NCBI GenBank assembly: GCA_965214935.1
Contig: CBDCCS010000016.1
Span: 96,001 to 160,000 of the forward strand
DNA length: 64,000 nt
Direction: 5' to 3'
Source of the DNA: Candidatus Velthaea sp.
GTDB lineage: Bacteria; Vulcanimicrobiota; Vulcanimicrobiia; Vulcanimicrobiales; Vulcanimicrobiaceae
Part shown: positions 28,179-38,057 of the stretch, piece after piece
Layout of the letters: each line of letters starts with the position of its first letter
Position numbering within the stretch: position 1 is the stretch's first letter
The notes under the pieces: model-generated
The model's database searches: none
Told to the model about the DNA's origin: nothing
The model's input: the letters and a program-made list of their open reading frames with translations, nothing else
Made by a program: the position numbers and the translations under genes

Positions 28179-28884
28179 AGATGTCGATGCAGCATACGGT
28201 CTCAGTCCCGTCCTGTCGGCGATCGGCATGCGCGTAGAAACCGGCGAGGCCGTCGCGTTACTCGGGCGTAACGGCGTTGGAAAGACGACGCTGTTGCGGA
28301 CGATCATCGGATTGCATCCGGTCACGCGCGGCCGCATTGCTTTCGACGACCGTCAAATCAATGGTTTTGCTGCGCACCGGCGAGCACGACTCGGCATCGG
28401 ATACGTACCGCAGGGCCGCGGCATTTTTCCGCAGTTAACGGTCGAAGAAAATCTTGCGCTCGGTTCATCAGCCGTCGGTCGCAGACGGCCGGCAACAACG
28501 CGCTCGCCGGGATCAAGTCCGTTCGCGAAGGTCTACGAGCTATTTCCGACGTTAGCACGACTACGGTCGCGCAAAGGCGGCGTACTCAGCGGCGGCGAGC
28601 AACAGCAGCTTGCGCTCGGGCGGGCGCTCGTTGCCGAACCGCGTCTTTTGCTGCTCGATGAACCATGCGAAGGGATCCAACCCTCGATCGTTCAGGAGAT
28701 TGAGGCCGTGCTCGGTACGATTCGGCGCGAACTTGGCATTGCGCTCATTGTCGTCGAGCAGCATCTCGATTTCGCCTGGTCGATTGCCGACCGCTACTAC
28801 GTCATGCAGCGCGGTAAGGTCGTCGCGGCGGGCGAGACGGCGACGAATGCGCCGTCGGAAATTTTATCGCTGCTCAGCGTCTGA
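28165..28884 (+). CDS. urtE: Urea ABC transporter ATP-binding protein
   Basis: GRNGVGKTTL, YVPQGRGIFP, LSGGEQQQL, DEPCEGIQPS. Confidence 0.92.
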   Translation: MLTLEDVDAAYGLSPVLSAIGMRVETGEAVALLGRNGVGKTTLLRTIIGLHPVTRGRIAFDDRQINGFAAHRRARLGIGYVPQGRGIFPQLTVEENLALGSSAVGRRRPATTRSPGSSPFAKVYELFPTLARLRSRKGGVLSGGEQQQLALGRALVAEPRLLLLDEPCEGIQPSIVQEIEAVLGTIRRELGIALIVVEQHLDFAWSIADRYYVMQRGKVVAAGETATNAPSEILSLLSV

Positions 28885-29167
28885 GATTGCGTTCCGAAGC
28901 GCTCGAAGAACCGCCGACAACTCAAAGCGCTCGATGTCGACGAGAGCTCGAGCCTGCCGGGCTCACGAAGCGCAGGCGTACAGAGTTGCTCTCGAGCGCA
29001 CCGTCGATCTGTCAGCCGAGCGACATCTCGTGAAGCTGATGAGCGGTCGCGCTATAACTCGCGAATCGAGATGACCGGCGCTACTCCCGTCCGTTCACAA
29101 CCTTGGAAAAAAACCACTCGAGTAAGCGTTGGCTCAACCTAAGAATCGGACATTCGAAGAAGCCTGT

Positions 29168-29944
29168 TTAGCGTACAATCTCGGTGCCGGCACCTTTCAA
29201 AAGGGCGGCGATTGAACCGCTTGCGACACCGCCGATGATTGCGCGCCGCGCGGCGCCGCGCACGGCGAGCATCGCTGCATCGATCTTGGGTAACATGCCG
29301 TCCACAAACACTCCGCGTTCGCGATACCCTTGCGCCTCACTCAGCGTCATGCGTGCGATACCCGAAGCCGGATCGTCGCGGTCGATACGCACGCGCTCGA
29401 CATCGGTGAGAACCAGATAGACGTCGACGGCGAGCACTGCTGCCAGGGCGCCCGCGGCGGTATCGGCATTGATGTTGTAGCGCTGACCGCGTCGATCGCT
29501 GCCGATCGGCGAGACGACGGGCAGCGCGCCGGCCTCCATCATTGCGCGAACACTGTGCGGCTCGACCGCTTCGATGTCGCCGACAAAGCCGAGGTCGCCC
29601 GCTGGATGCTCGGCACGCCGCGCAATAAAAAGGCCGTCGTCGCCGGCGATCCGTCGTGCGTCCGCGCCGGCGGTTATGAGCGCGGCGACGATCGATGCAT
29701 TTACCCGACGGCCGAGAACTTCTTGGACGACGTCGAGTGTCGCTGCATCGGTTACTCGCAGTCCTGCAATGCGCCGAGTAAGCATTTGGCGCGCGCGCAA
29801 TTCGGTGTCGACGGCCGGACCGCCGCCGTGCACCAAGACAATCGGCATCCCGTCGGCGTGCATTTCGGCCAGCTCGCGCAACACCGGATCGCCGTCGCCT
29901 CCGGCCGCGATCGAACCGCCGAATTTGACCAGCAGTGACGGCAC
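29168..29944 (-). CDS. argB: Acetylglutamate kinase
   Basis: KFGGS, VHGGG, GLRVTD, LGFVGDI, YNINADTAA, GMLPK. Confidence 0.93.
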   Translation of the reverse strand: MPSLLVKFGGSIAAGGDGDPVLRELAEMHADGMPIVLVHGGGPAVDTELRARQMLTRRIAGLRVTDAATLDVVQEVLGRRVNASIVAALITAGADARRIAGDDGLFIARRAEHPAGDLGFVGDIEAVEPHSVRAMMEAGALPVVSPIGSDRRGQRYNINADTAAGALAAVLAVDVYLVLTDVERVRIDRDDPASGIARMTLSEAQGYRERGVFVDGMLPKIDAAMLAVRGAARRAIIGGVASGSIAALLKGAGTEIVR

Positions 29945-29952
29945 GGCAGACG

Positions 29953-30636
29953 TTATGAAGCGATCCGAATTCCGAGTTCGTCGAGGTGCTGCAGCAAATC
30001 GGCGGGATCGGCGTACACGCGGTAGGCCCCGGCTTGCTGCAACTCATTTTCGCCGTAACCGCCGCTGAGTACACCGATACCTAGCGATCCCGCACGTTGC
30101 GCGGCGAGCAAATCCCAAATCGAATCGCCGACGACGAATGCGCTGCGCGGCTCGACGCCCAAACGCCGCGCCGCTTCGAGAAACAGATCGGGGTTGGGCT
30201 TTGCGTGCGCAACATCGGTACGCGTAACGACCGGCACCCCGTCGGGAACGTCGAGAATACGCAGGGTGCGTGCTGCAACTTCGCGCGAGCCGCTCGTTGC
30301 GATCGCCCACGGCACGCCGTCGGCGGTCAAGGCTGCGAGCAGGGCGCGCGCGCCCGGCAACGGACGCACTTGTCCGACAAGCCGTTCGTACGCCTCGCTA
30401 TGTCCACGCTGCAACGTCTCGACAAGATCGGGCTCGAGTTCCCGGCCGAGTTCGCGCTTAAGCGCGCGTACGAATAAGCCGCCGCTCATGCCGATTCGGC
30501 GATGGATACGCCAGACCGACAATTCGATACCGTTGCTGCGCAGCGATTCGTCCCATGCCATGACATGCTGGTAAACACTGTCGGCCAGCGTTCCATCGAG
30601 ATCGAAAATCATTGCCGCGTCATGCCGCTCGGTCAT
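29953..30636 (-). CDS. HAD-superfamily hydrolase
   Basis: FDLDGTL, KPNPDLF, VGDSIWD. Confidence 0.92.
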   Translation of the reverse strand: MTERHDAAMIFDLDGTLADSVYQHVMAWDESLRSNGIELSVWRIHRRIGMSGGLFVRALKRELGRELEPDLVETLQRGHSEAYERLVGQVRPLPGARALLAALTADGVPWAIATSGSREVAARTLRILDVPDGVPVVTRTDVAHAKPNPDLFLEAARRLGVEPRSAFVVGDSIWDLLAAQRAGSLGIGVLSGGYGENELQQAGAYRVYADPADLLQHLDELGIRIAS

Positions 30637-31709
30637 GGCTTACTTTCATCGACGACGAGCAATGTAAATGACCCCGGCACGATCGTACGCGTCGACCGCT
30701 GCTCGCCCGACGCCGGTGGTCCGAGCAAAACTTTCGCGGTAACTAAATAAGCTGCGTGCGTCGCCGTATCGAGCGCGAGCGTACGCGCGTATTGCTGCGT
30801 CGTAACCGTTTGCACGACCGAAAAGGAACTCGGCGAATCCTCGTGCACGACGGTGAGCGTTCCGTCGCCGTTGGAACTGAACGCCCGCGCGGTCACGGCA
30901 TCGAAGGCGGTCGCGTCAACGCCCTTGCCGATCGGCAGCGTGGTAACGACCCTGCCGTTGTCGCTATCGACGACGGCCATGAGCTGGTTTGCACACCCGG
31001 CGAACAGCCGGTGGTGCGCGGCGTCGATCGATAGTCCGGACGGCTCCTCGCACGGCGCAAGCGGCCATGTCGCCGTGACGGCATCGGTTTTCACGTCGAT
31101 GGCAACAAGCTCGCTTTTGTCTTCGATATTGACGTACAGCATGCCGGTACCGTTGGTCGCTGCGAACTCGGGCCGGCCGGGTAAGGCAATGGTACCGACC
31201 ACGGATTCGGCGGCAGCGTCGATGACCGTCGCATCGTTGCTGCCGCCATTGAACGTGAAGATGCGTTTTGAAAATGCATCGTAAACGATGGCATCGGGAT
31301 TTCGTCCATCGATGTGAATGACGTTCGTCGTCTTGAGCGTGTGCAAATCGAAGACGGTCAGGCTGTTGGCGCGCCCGTTACTCGTGAAGCCTTTGCCGAG
31401 ATCGCCGGCGATCGCAATCCCGTGAACGCCGGGCGTATCGGGAATTTCGCCGACGGCCGTCCCGCTCGCCGGATCGACGACCATGACCCGCGTCGCGCGT
31501 GACACGAACAGATGCTTATCGGCCGCATCGTAGTTCAAATAATCCCAGCCGCCGGTTTCGCCGAGTACAAATACGTGCGCGACGCGATAGTTGCTCGACA
31601 CGACGGCCTGTCGCGCAGCGCCGATTGTCGTAGCCGCGCCGAGGATCGCGAACATCAGCATCGCTGCAGCGCCGAATGCAAAGCTGAGCCGCGTTCGTTT
31701 CATGCTCAA
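30633..31709 (-). CDS. Secreted YncE/YVTN beta-propeller protein
   Basis: Signal peptide; GGWDYL, TPGVHGIA, CEEPSGL..D...RLF.GC repeats. Confidence 0.85.
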   Translation of the reverse strand: MSMKRTRLSFAFGAAAMLMFAILGAATTIGAARQAVVSSNYRVAHVFVLGETGGWDYLNYDAADKHLFVSRATRVMVVDPASGTAVGEIPDTPGVHGIAIAGDLGKGFTSNGRANSLTVFDLHTLKTTNVIHIDGRNPDAIVYDAFSKRIFTFNGGSNDATVIDAAAESVVGTIALPGRPEFAATNGTGMLYVNIEDKSELVAIDVKTDAVTATWPLAPCEEPSGLSIDAAHHRLFAGCANQLMAVVDSDNGRVVTTLPIGKGVDATAFDAVTARAFSSNGDGTLTVVHEDSPSSFSVVQTVTTQQYARTLALDTATHAAYLVTAKVLLGPPASGEQRSTRTIVPGSFTLLVVDESKP

Positions 31710-31737
31710 AGGGCTACGCTGCGATGCGGGTTTAAGC

Positions 31738-32685
31738 CTACGACACCGCGCCGCGCCGGCGCGCGCCGATCGAGTCGGCGAGCGCCGCCGCGAAGATAAC
31801 GGCGCCTTGAATGAACTGCACCCAAAACGGCTGGACGTTCTTGAGCGTCAACCCGTTGTTGATCAAGCCGATGATCAAAACGCCGAGCAGCGTCCCGCCG
31901 ATATTGCCTTTGCCGCCGAAGAGCGACGCGCCGCCGATGACGACTGCGGCAATGGCGTTGAGTTCGAGTCCGGTGGCGGCGATCGGTTGGGCGGAATCGA
32001 GTCGCCCGGTTAAAATGACGCCGCCGACGCCCGCCAGCGCACCGGAGACGATATATGCTGCAAGCAAGGTTTGACGCACCGGAATACCGGCTAACCGAGC
32101 CGCCTCGCGATTGCCGCCGACGGCATAAATATTGCTGCCGAACACCGTGCGCGATAGAACGAACGCTCCGACTGCGACGATGCCGAGCGAAATGAGCGCG
32201 GCAATTGGTACCGGACCGATATTACTGCCGCCCAGATCGTCGAACGGTTGCGGAAAGCCGAATACCGTATTGCCGCCCGCGACGATAAAAGCAAGACCGC
32301 GCGCCATCGCCAGCATTGCCAGCGTCACGATGAACGAATTCATCCCGAAAATCGCGACGGCAACGCCGTTAAAAAGCCCGATTAGACCGCCGAATGCGAT
32401 TGCTAGAAGCACCGCGAGCGGAACGGCAAGACCCGCATGCAACGCAAGGCCGGTGATGATGCCGGTCAGTGCGACGTTCGAGCCGATCGAGAGATCGATA
32501 CCGCCGGTCACGACCACGAAGGTTTCGCCGACGGCCACGACCGCGATCAGTGACGTCGCAAGGAGAATCGACAAGCCGTTGGTGGTCGATGCGAACCCGG
32601 GCGTCGTTACGGCTAAGAAGACGGCGAGCAAGACAAAAGCGACGAGGATCGTCGCTTCGGTTAACGCGCGGCGTAATACGTTCAC
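31738..32685 (-). CDS. Monosaccharide ABC transporter permease (RbsC-like)
   Basis: TGGIDLSIGS, YAVGGNREAARLAGI, ELNAIAAVVIGG. Confidence 0.92.
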   Translation of the reverse strand: MNVLRRALTEATILVAFVLLAVFLAVTTPGFASTTNGLSILLATSLIAVVAVGETFVVVTGGIDLSIGSNVALTGIITGLALHAGLAVPLAVLLAIAFGGLIGLFNGVAVAIFGMNSFIVTLAMLAMARGLAFIVAGGNTVFGFPQPFDDLGGSNIGPVPIAALISLGIVAVGAFVLSRTVFGSNIYAVGGNREAARLAGIPVRQTLLAAYIVSGALAGVGGVILTGRLDSAQPIAATGLELNAIAAVVIGGASLFGGKGNIGGTLLGVLIIGLINNGLTLKNVQPFWVQFIQGAVIFAAALADSIGARRRGAVS

Positions 32686-32691
32686 TCTGCT

Positions 32692-34182
32692 CTATCCCGT
32701 CATCGCTAACGACATCAAACGTTCTTGTGAGAATTCGCGACGCTCGATGACGCCCGTGAGTTGCCCGGTTCGCATGACGGCGATGCGATCGCACAAGCCG
32801 ATGAGTTCAAGCAGTTCGGAACTGACGATGAGGATCGCCGTGCCCTCCGACGCCAGCCGCCGGATGATGCGGTACACCTCGACCTTTGCGCCGACATCGA
32901 TACCGCGCGTCGGCTCATCTAAAATCAGCACGCGCGGCGCGAGCGTGAGCGCGCGCCCCAGCACGACTTTTTGCTGATTGCCGCCGGACAAACGCCGAAC
33001 GATTTGCATGAAGCCGTTCGCGCGAATACGCAGCGACGACATGGCGTGATCGGCGATTGAATTCTGCGCTCGCCGGTCGATAAGCGTGCGCAGCCATGCC
33101 GTGCGCGCAACGACCGACATCACGACGTTCTGACGGATCGGAAAGTCGAGCACCAAACCTTCGAGCTTCCGATCTTCGGGCACCAGCACGATACCGGCAC
33201 GCAGCGCGCGCCGGGGATCTGCAATGCGCAATAACGTTCCGTCGAGCCGGACTTCACCCGCCGTTCGCGGCAACGCACCGAACAGTGTTTTCGCTACTTC
33301 GGTGCGGCCTGCGCCCATGAGTCCGGCCAGTCCGACAATTTCGCCCGACCGCACCGTAAACGAAACATCGGCAAACAGCCGGCCCGAACTCAAGCCGCGA
33401 ATGTCGAGCCGGACGTCGCCCAGCGGGTCTTGACGCTCGGGAAAAACCTCGGACATCGGACGGTTGACCATCGCCGCGACAAGGGCATCCGTCGTCCACT
33501 CGGCCGTCCGTCGCGTTTCGATCGCCTGGCCGTCGCGCAGGACCATCACGCGATTGCAGATGGCGAAGACTTCCTCAAGATGATGGCTGATGAAAATCGT
33601 CCCGACGCCCTCGGCGCTCAGCGCTCGGATCGCAGCAAAAATCACCGCGACATCGTGCTCGCCCAGCGACGATGTGGGTTCATCCATGACGACCACGCGC
33701 GCCTTCCGCGTCAATGCGCGCGCGATCTCGACGAGTTGCTGTTCGGCGAGGCGCAACCGCCGCACCGGCCGCTCGGGATTGACGTCTAAACCGACCCGCC
33801 GCAACACCGCGGTTGCATCGGCGTTAAGCCGCTTGCGGTCGACGATGCCGGCCGCATTGCGCGGTAAATTACCGAGATACAAGTTCTCGGCGATGCTGCG
33901 TTCGGGCACCAAACTCAACTCTTGGTAAATGACGACGATGCCCGCGTCGAGCGCCGTCCGGGTTTGCGTGAGTCTGAGTTCGTTGCCGTCGAGGGCAATC
34001 GTCCCGCCGTCCGGTAGCTCGGCCCCGCCGAGCACCTTCATGAGCGTGCTTTTGCCGGCGCCATTTTCACCGACGATGCCCAGAACGTCGCCGCGCTCGA
34101 GTTCGAGCGCGACGTCGTCAAGCGCGCGGACCGGCCCGTACGACTTGCCGATTCCGCGCATTACCAGTAACGGCGGCGTCAC
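32692..34182 (-). CDS. Monosaccharide ABC transporter ATP-binding protein (RbsA-like)
   Basis: GENGAGKSTL, MDEPTSSL, PEDRK.EG, LSGGNQQK, DEPTRGIDVGAK. Confidence 0.93.
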   Translation of the reverse strand: MTPPLLVMRGIGKSYGPVRALDDVALELERGDVLGIVGENGAGKSTLMKVLGGAELPDGGTIALDGNELRLTQTRTALDAGIVVIYQELSLVPERSIAENLYLGNLPRNAAGIVDRKRLNADATAVLRRVGLDVNPERPVRRLRLAEQQLVEIARALTRKARVVVMDEPTSSLGEHDVAVIFAAIRALSAEGVGTIFISHHLEEVFAICNRVMVLRDGQAIETRRTAEWTTDALVAAMVNRPMSEVFPERQDPLGDVRLDIRGLSSGRLFADVSFTVRSGEIVGLAGLMGAGRTEVAKTLFGALPRTAGEVRLDGTLLRIADPRRALRAGIVLVPEDRKLEGLVLDFPIRQNVVMSVVARTAWLRTLIDRRAQNSIADHAMSSLRIRANGFMQIVRRLSGGNQQKVVLGRALTLAPRVLILDEPTRGIDVGAKVEVYRIIRRLASEGTAILIVSSELLELIGLCDRIAVMRTGQLTGVIERREFSQERLMSLAMTG

Positions 34183-35225
34183 TGCGATTTGCTGACGTCG
34201 TCACCCCACAGGCCGTACGCTTTGGCTTGGGCGCTATCGACATTGGCTTTGGTCAACAGCAAATGCGGCCAATACGCATGCTGCGCGATACCGGTCTTCT
34301 TGCCGCCCAGGTACTGCGCGACGTTCTTGACCGATTGCGCGGCCATCGTGAGCGGATTTTGCGACAGCGTTGCATCGAGCGTTCCGCCGCGGATCGCCGT
34401 CAACGCTTGTTCGGTGCCGTCGATGCCGACGACGACGATGTGTTTCGGATCGCCGATCGGCACCGCGCGATTGGCTTGACGGATCGCGCGCAGCGCGCCG
34501 ACCGCGTTATCATCGTTGCCGTTGAACACCGCATCTATTTGCGGATTCGCCGTCATGATGCTCGTCATCGCGTTGAACGACTTTTCGGCATCGAAACCGC
34601 CCTCTTGACGGGCGACGACTTTGAGACCCGGATTCGCTTTACCCAGCGCGTCCATCTCTTTGGCGAAACCAGCTTCGCGATCGTCGCCGGCCGTCGTACC
34701 GATTAGACCTTCGAGATCGACGACGTTGCCCTTAACCGAGCCGTAGCGCTTCTTAAGCTGCGCGGCGATATAATCGGCGCCTTCTTTGCCGAGTTCGATG
34801 TTGTTGGTTTCAAGGAAGTTAATTTGGCATGTGCCGCACGCCGCGCCCCGGTCGAGCGTGAAGACCGGGATGCCGGCTTTATTGGCTTGCTTGACGATCG
34901 GCACGATGGCTTGGGCGTTGATCGGATTGATAACCAGCGCATCGACTTTGCGATTGATGAGATCCTGGATCTGCGATGCTTGCGTGTTGGCGTCGCCCTG
35001 TGCCGACGTATTGATCAAGGTCATACTCGGATTGGCTTTCACCGCATCCACGACGCCTTTGGTCATGCCCTGAAAGAACGGGTTTGCCAAGGTCGCGACG
35101 CTGTAGCCGATCGTGTATTGCTTACCGGCGGCTTCAGCCGGAACGATGGCGGCAGCAGTGCTCGCGCCAAGCATGACGGCGACGAGGGCGGAAGGACGCA
35201 CCAAACGTCCGACAATTCGAAACAT
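34179..35225 (-). CDS. Monosaccharide ABC transporter substrate-binding protein (RbsB-like)
   Basis: Signal peptide, NPFF, AGIPVFTLDR, VVVGIDG; GGAG ribosome-binding site before ATG 35225. Confidence 0.9.
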   Translation of the reverse strand: MFRIVGRLVRPSALVAVMLGASTAAAIVPAEAAGKQYTIGYSVATLANPFFQGMTKGVVDAVKANPSMTLINTSAQGDANTQASQIQDLINRKVDALVINPINAQAIVPIVKQANKAGIPVFTLDRGAACGTCQINFLETNNIELGKEGADYIAAQLKKRYGSVKGNVVDLEGLIGTTAGDDREAGFAKEMDALGKANPGLKVVARQEGGFDAEKSFNAMTSIMTANPQIDAVFNGNDDNAVGALRAIRQANRAVPIGDPKHIVVVGIDGTEQALTAIRGGTLDATLSQNPLTMAAQSVKNVAQYLGGKKTGIAQHAYWPHLLLTKANVDSAQAKAYGLWGDDVSKSQ

Positions 35226-35315
35226 GCAAGCTCTCCTACGGATAATAAGGGACACAGTTCATCGGGTCTAGCGCGTTCTTGAAACAAATCTGCATTGTCC
35301 TGTTGGTCAAGCGTC

Positions 35316-35350
35316 TTGCATATTCATACATTTTTGTGTATAATTATGCA
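35316..35350 (+). promoter_or_regulatory. Sigma70 promoter overlapped by tandem ARG boxes (ArgR operator)
   Basis: TTGCAT (35316-21), 17 nt spacer, TATAAT (35339-44). ARG-box cores TGCATATTCATACA (35317-30) and TGTATAATTATGCA (35337-50). argR lies in the downstream operon. Confidence 0.88.
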
Positions 35351-35355
35351 TAGCT

Positions 35356-36327
35356 ATGATGATGCTTCCGGCGGCGACCCGCTTGCGCGGCCGCAACCTG
35401 CTTTCAATCGTCGATCTAACCGCCGACGAGCTTTCCAGCTTGATCGGAATCGCGCAGCAGCTCAAAGCTTCGGGTCGCGAACAGCTTGAGTTTTTGCGCG
35501 GAAAAACGCTGGCCATGCTGTTCGAGAAGCCGTCCCTGCGTACGCGCGTATCGTTCGAGGTTGCGATGACGCAACTCGGCGGTCACGCGATCGCCGGAAC
35601 CGGCAGCGATTTTCTCGTCGGCTCGCGCGAAACGCCCGAAGATGCGGCTCGGGTTTTGTCGCGCTTTGCCGACGCCATCGTCGTTCGTACGCATGCGCAC
35701 GAACCGTTGCAACGGTTCGCGGCATCGGCAACCGTGCCGACCATTAACGGTCTGTCGGCTGCGGGACATCCGTGCCAGGCGCTCGCCGATATTTTAACGA
35801 TTAAAGAACGCTTCGGAACGCTGGCGGGTCTGCGAGTTGCCTATGTCGGCGACGGCCGCAATAACGTTGCTTCGTCACTCGGGGAAGCGGCGGCATTATG
35901 CGGTATCTCGGTGACGTTTGCGGCCCCGATGACGCACCGGCCACCCGACGCATTTTTACGCCGGCTCGTCGAACTCGGCAAGCCGCACAACGTAACGGCG
36001 CGGGCCTTTACGAGCCCAATTCGCGCGGTTCGCGATGTCGATGTCGTATACACCGACGTCTGGACGTCGATGGGCGATGAAGCGCTGGTTGAGCGCAATG
36101 CCGCCGCACTCGTTCCGTACCGGGTCGATCCGGCATTGATGGATGCGGCCGCGCCACATGCGCTCTTTATGCACTGTTTACCCGCTCATCGCGGCGAAGA
36201 AGTAACGGCCGCGGTGATCGACGGCCCGCGCAGCGTCGTCTTCGATCAAGCCGAAAACCGGCTGCACGTGCAAAAAGCTCTGCTCCTCGCGCTGATGACG
36301 GATCTGCGCGGCTTAGGTGATGAATAG
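35356..36327 (+). CDS. argF: Ornithine carbamoyltransferase
   Basis: FEKPSLRTR, HPCQ, YTDVWTSMG, FMHCLPAHRGEE, DQAENRLH. Confidence 0.96.
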   Translation: MMMLPAATRLRGRNLLSIVDLTADELSSLIGIAQQLKASGREQLEFLRGKTLAMLFEKPSLRTRVSFEVAMTQLGGHAIAGTGSDFLVGSRETPEDAARVLSRFADAIVVRTHAHEPLQRFAASATVPTINGLSAAGHPCQALADILTIKERFGTLAGLRVAYVGDGRNNVASSLGEAAALCGISVTFAAPMTHRPPDAFLRRLVELGKPHNVTARAFTSPIRAVRDVDVVYTDVWTSMGDEALVERNAAALVPYRVDPALMDAAAPHALFMHCLPAHRGEEVTAAVIDGPRSVVFDQAENRLHVQKALLLALMTDLRGLGDE

Positions 36328-36828
36328 ATGCAAAACGCCGTTCTCAATGCACCGAAAACAAAGCGCCAGCGTGCAATTCTCGCCCTCATTGCAGCGCGCC
36401 CGGTACGTTCGCAAGATGAACTTGCCCTCATGCTCGAAGCACAAGGTTACGAAGTAACGCAGGCGACGATTTCACGTGACATCAAAGAACTCGGACTGAT
36501 GAAGGTGCCGCTCAAAGGCGCAGCCGGCGGCCAGTTCAAGTATGTCGAACCCAGTGTCGGGCCGGCATTCTCATCGCGCTTACATCGCATCGTTGCCGAA
36601 CTCGTCACGTCGGTGCGCGGCAGCGTCAATCAGATCGTGTTGCGTACGCCGCCCGGCGGTGCGATGATGCTCGCCTCGGCGATCGACGCCGCGGGTTGGA
36701 GCGAAGTTCTCGGGACGCTCGGCGGCGACGATACGGTGCTCGTCATTTGCGAACGAACCGAAGCGATGCCGATGATTATGCAGCGCTTCGAGGACATGCG
36801 CGCCGACGCGGGCGCCGAACACGTATGA
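36328..36828 (+). CDS. argR: Arginine repressor
   Basis: SQDEL, VTQATISRDIKEL, RTPPG, GTLGGDDT. Confidence 0.96.
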   Translation: MQNAVLNAPKTKRQRAILALIAARPVRSQDELALMLEAQGYEVTQATISRDIKELGLMKVPLKGAAGGQFKYVEPSVGPAFSSRLHRIVAELVTSVRGSVNQIVLRTPPGGAMMLASAIDAAGWSEVLGTLGGDDTVLVICERTEAMPMIMQRFEDMRADAGAEHV

Positions 36829-38057
36829 AAATCGTTCTGGCCTACTCGGGCGGTCTCGATACCTCCGTTTTGCTCAAACAATTCGTCGTTGCCGGTCACG
36901 ATGTGGTTGCGATGACGGCCAACCTTGGCGAATCGGACATGGTCGCCGGTGACGGCTCGCACGCCGCCCTCGAAGCTGTGCGCAATAAAGCGTTAATGCT
37001 GGGCGCCAAAGATGCCGTCTTAATTGACGCACGCGAACGCTTCGTGAACGATTATGCATACAAGGCGCTCGCGGCAAACGCGCGTTATCAAGGCGTATAT
37101 CCGCTCTCGGCCGCGTTATCGCGACCGCTCATCGCGCAACTGCTGGTTGAAACCGCGCGTACGCACGGGTACGACGCGGTCGCGCACGGCTGCACGGGAA
37201 AAGGCAACGATCAAGTCCGCATCGAGGTCGGCGTGCGTGCCGCCGCTCCGCATTTGACGACGCTCGCGCCGTTGCGCAACACGCCGCTTTCACGGCCCGA
37301 TGCGCTCGCGTATGCCGCGGCGAACGGCGTACCCGTCTCGCAGACGGTCGCCAAGCCGTATTCGGTCGATGCGAATTTGTGGGGACGCTCGATCGAAGCC
37401 GGCGTCCTTGAGGACCCGTGGAATGCACCTCCGGAAGACGCCTACGACTGGACCGCGACGCCCGGCACCGCACCGCCCGGCGGCAGCGAGATCATCATCG
37501 CCTTCGAGCGCGGCATACCGTCGATGAACGGGAGGACCGGCGCCGACTTCATGGCCGAGCTCAATAAGATTGCCGGCGCGAACGGCGTGGGCCGAATCGA
37601 CATGATCGAAGATCGCGTCGTCGGGCTCAAATCGCGCGAGGTGTACGAATGTCCGGGCAGCGTGACGCTCATCGAGGCGCACGTCGCGCTCGAGCGCCTC
37701 GTACTCACGCGTGACGAATTGCGGCTCAAAGCCGGACTCGATCAGCGCTATACCGAGCTCATTTACGACGCACAGTGGTCGGCGCCGCTGCGCGTCGGGC
37801 TCGACGCGTTCAATGCTCAGTGCGCCGAGCGGATGACCGGAGAGGTCCGGCTGTTGCTGCTGCGCGGCCGCGCGATCGTCACCGGTTCGCGTTCACCGTT
37901 CGCGTTATACGACGAGTCGCTCGCGACGTATGGTGCGGGCGATCGCTTTGAGCATGCGGCCGCGGGCGGATTCATCGAAATTTGGGGGCTGCCGGTGGCG
38001 GCCGGAGCGGCGAAGGCCGCCGAGGCTGCAGAGCATTCGACGCCGACGATGGTCTGA
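36825..38057 (+). CDS. argG: Argininosuccinate synthase
   Basis: VLAYSGGLDTS, HGCTGKGNDQVR, YSVDANLWGRSIE, GLKSREVYE. Confidence 0.97.
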   Translation: MKIVLAYSGGLDTSVLLKQFVVAGHDVVAMTANLGESDMVAGDGSHAALEAVRNKALMLGAKDAVLIDARERFVNDYAYKALAANARYQGVYPLSAALSRPLIAQLLVETARTHGYDAVAHGCTGKGNDQVRIEVGVRAAAPHLTTLAPLRNTPLSRPDALAYAAANGVPVSQTVAKPYSVDANLWGRSIEAGVLEDPWNAPPEDAYDWTATPGTAPPGGSEIIIAFERGIPSMNGRTGADFMAELNKIAGANGVGRIDMIEDRVVGLKSREVYECPGSVTLIEAHVALERLVLTRDELRLKAGLDQRYTELIYDAQWSAPLRVGLDAFNAQCAERMTGEVRLLLLRGRAIVTGSRSPFALYDESLATYGAGDRFEHAAAGGFIEIWGLPVAAGAAKAAEAAEHSTPTMV

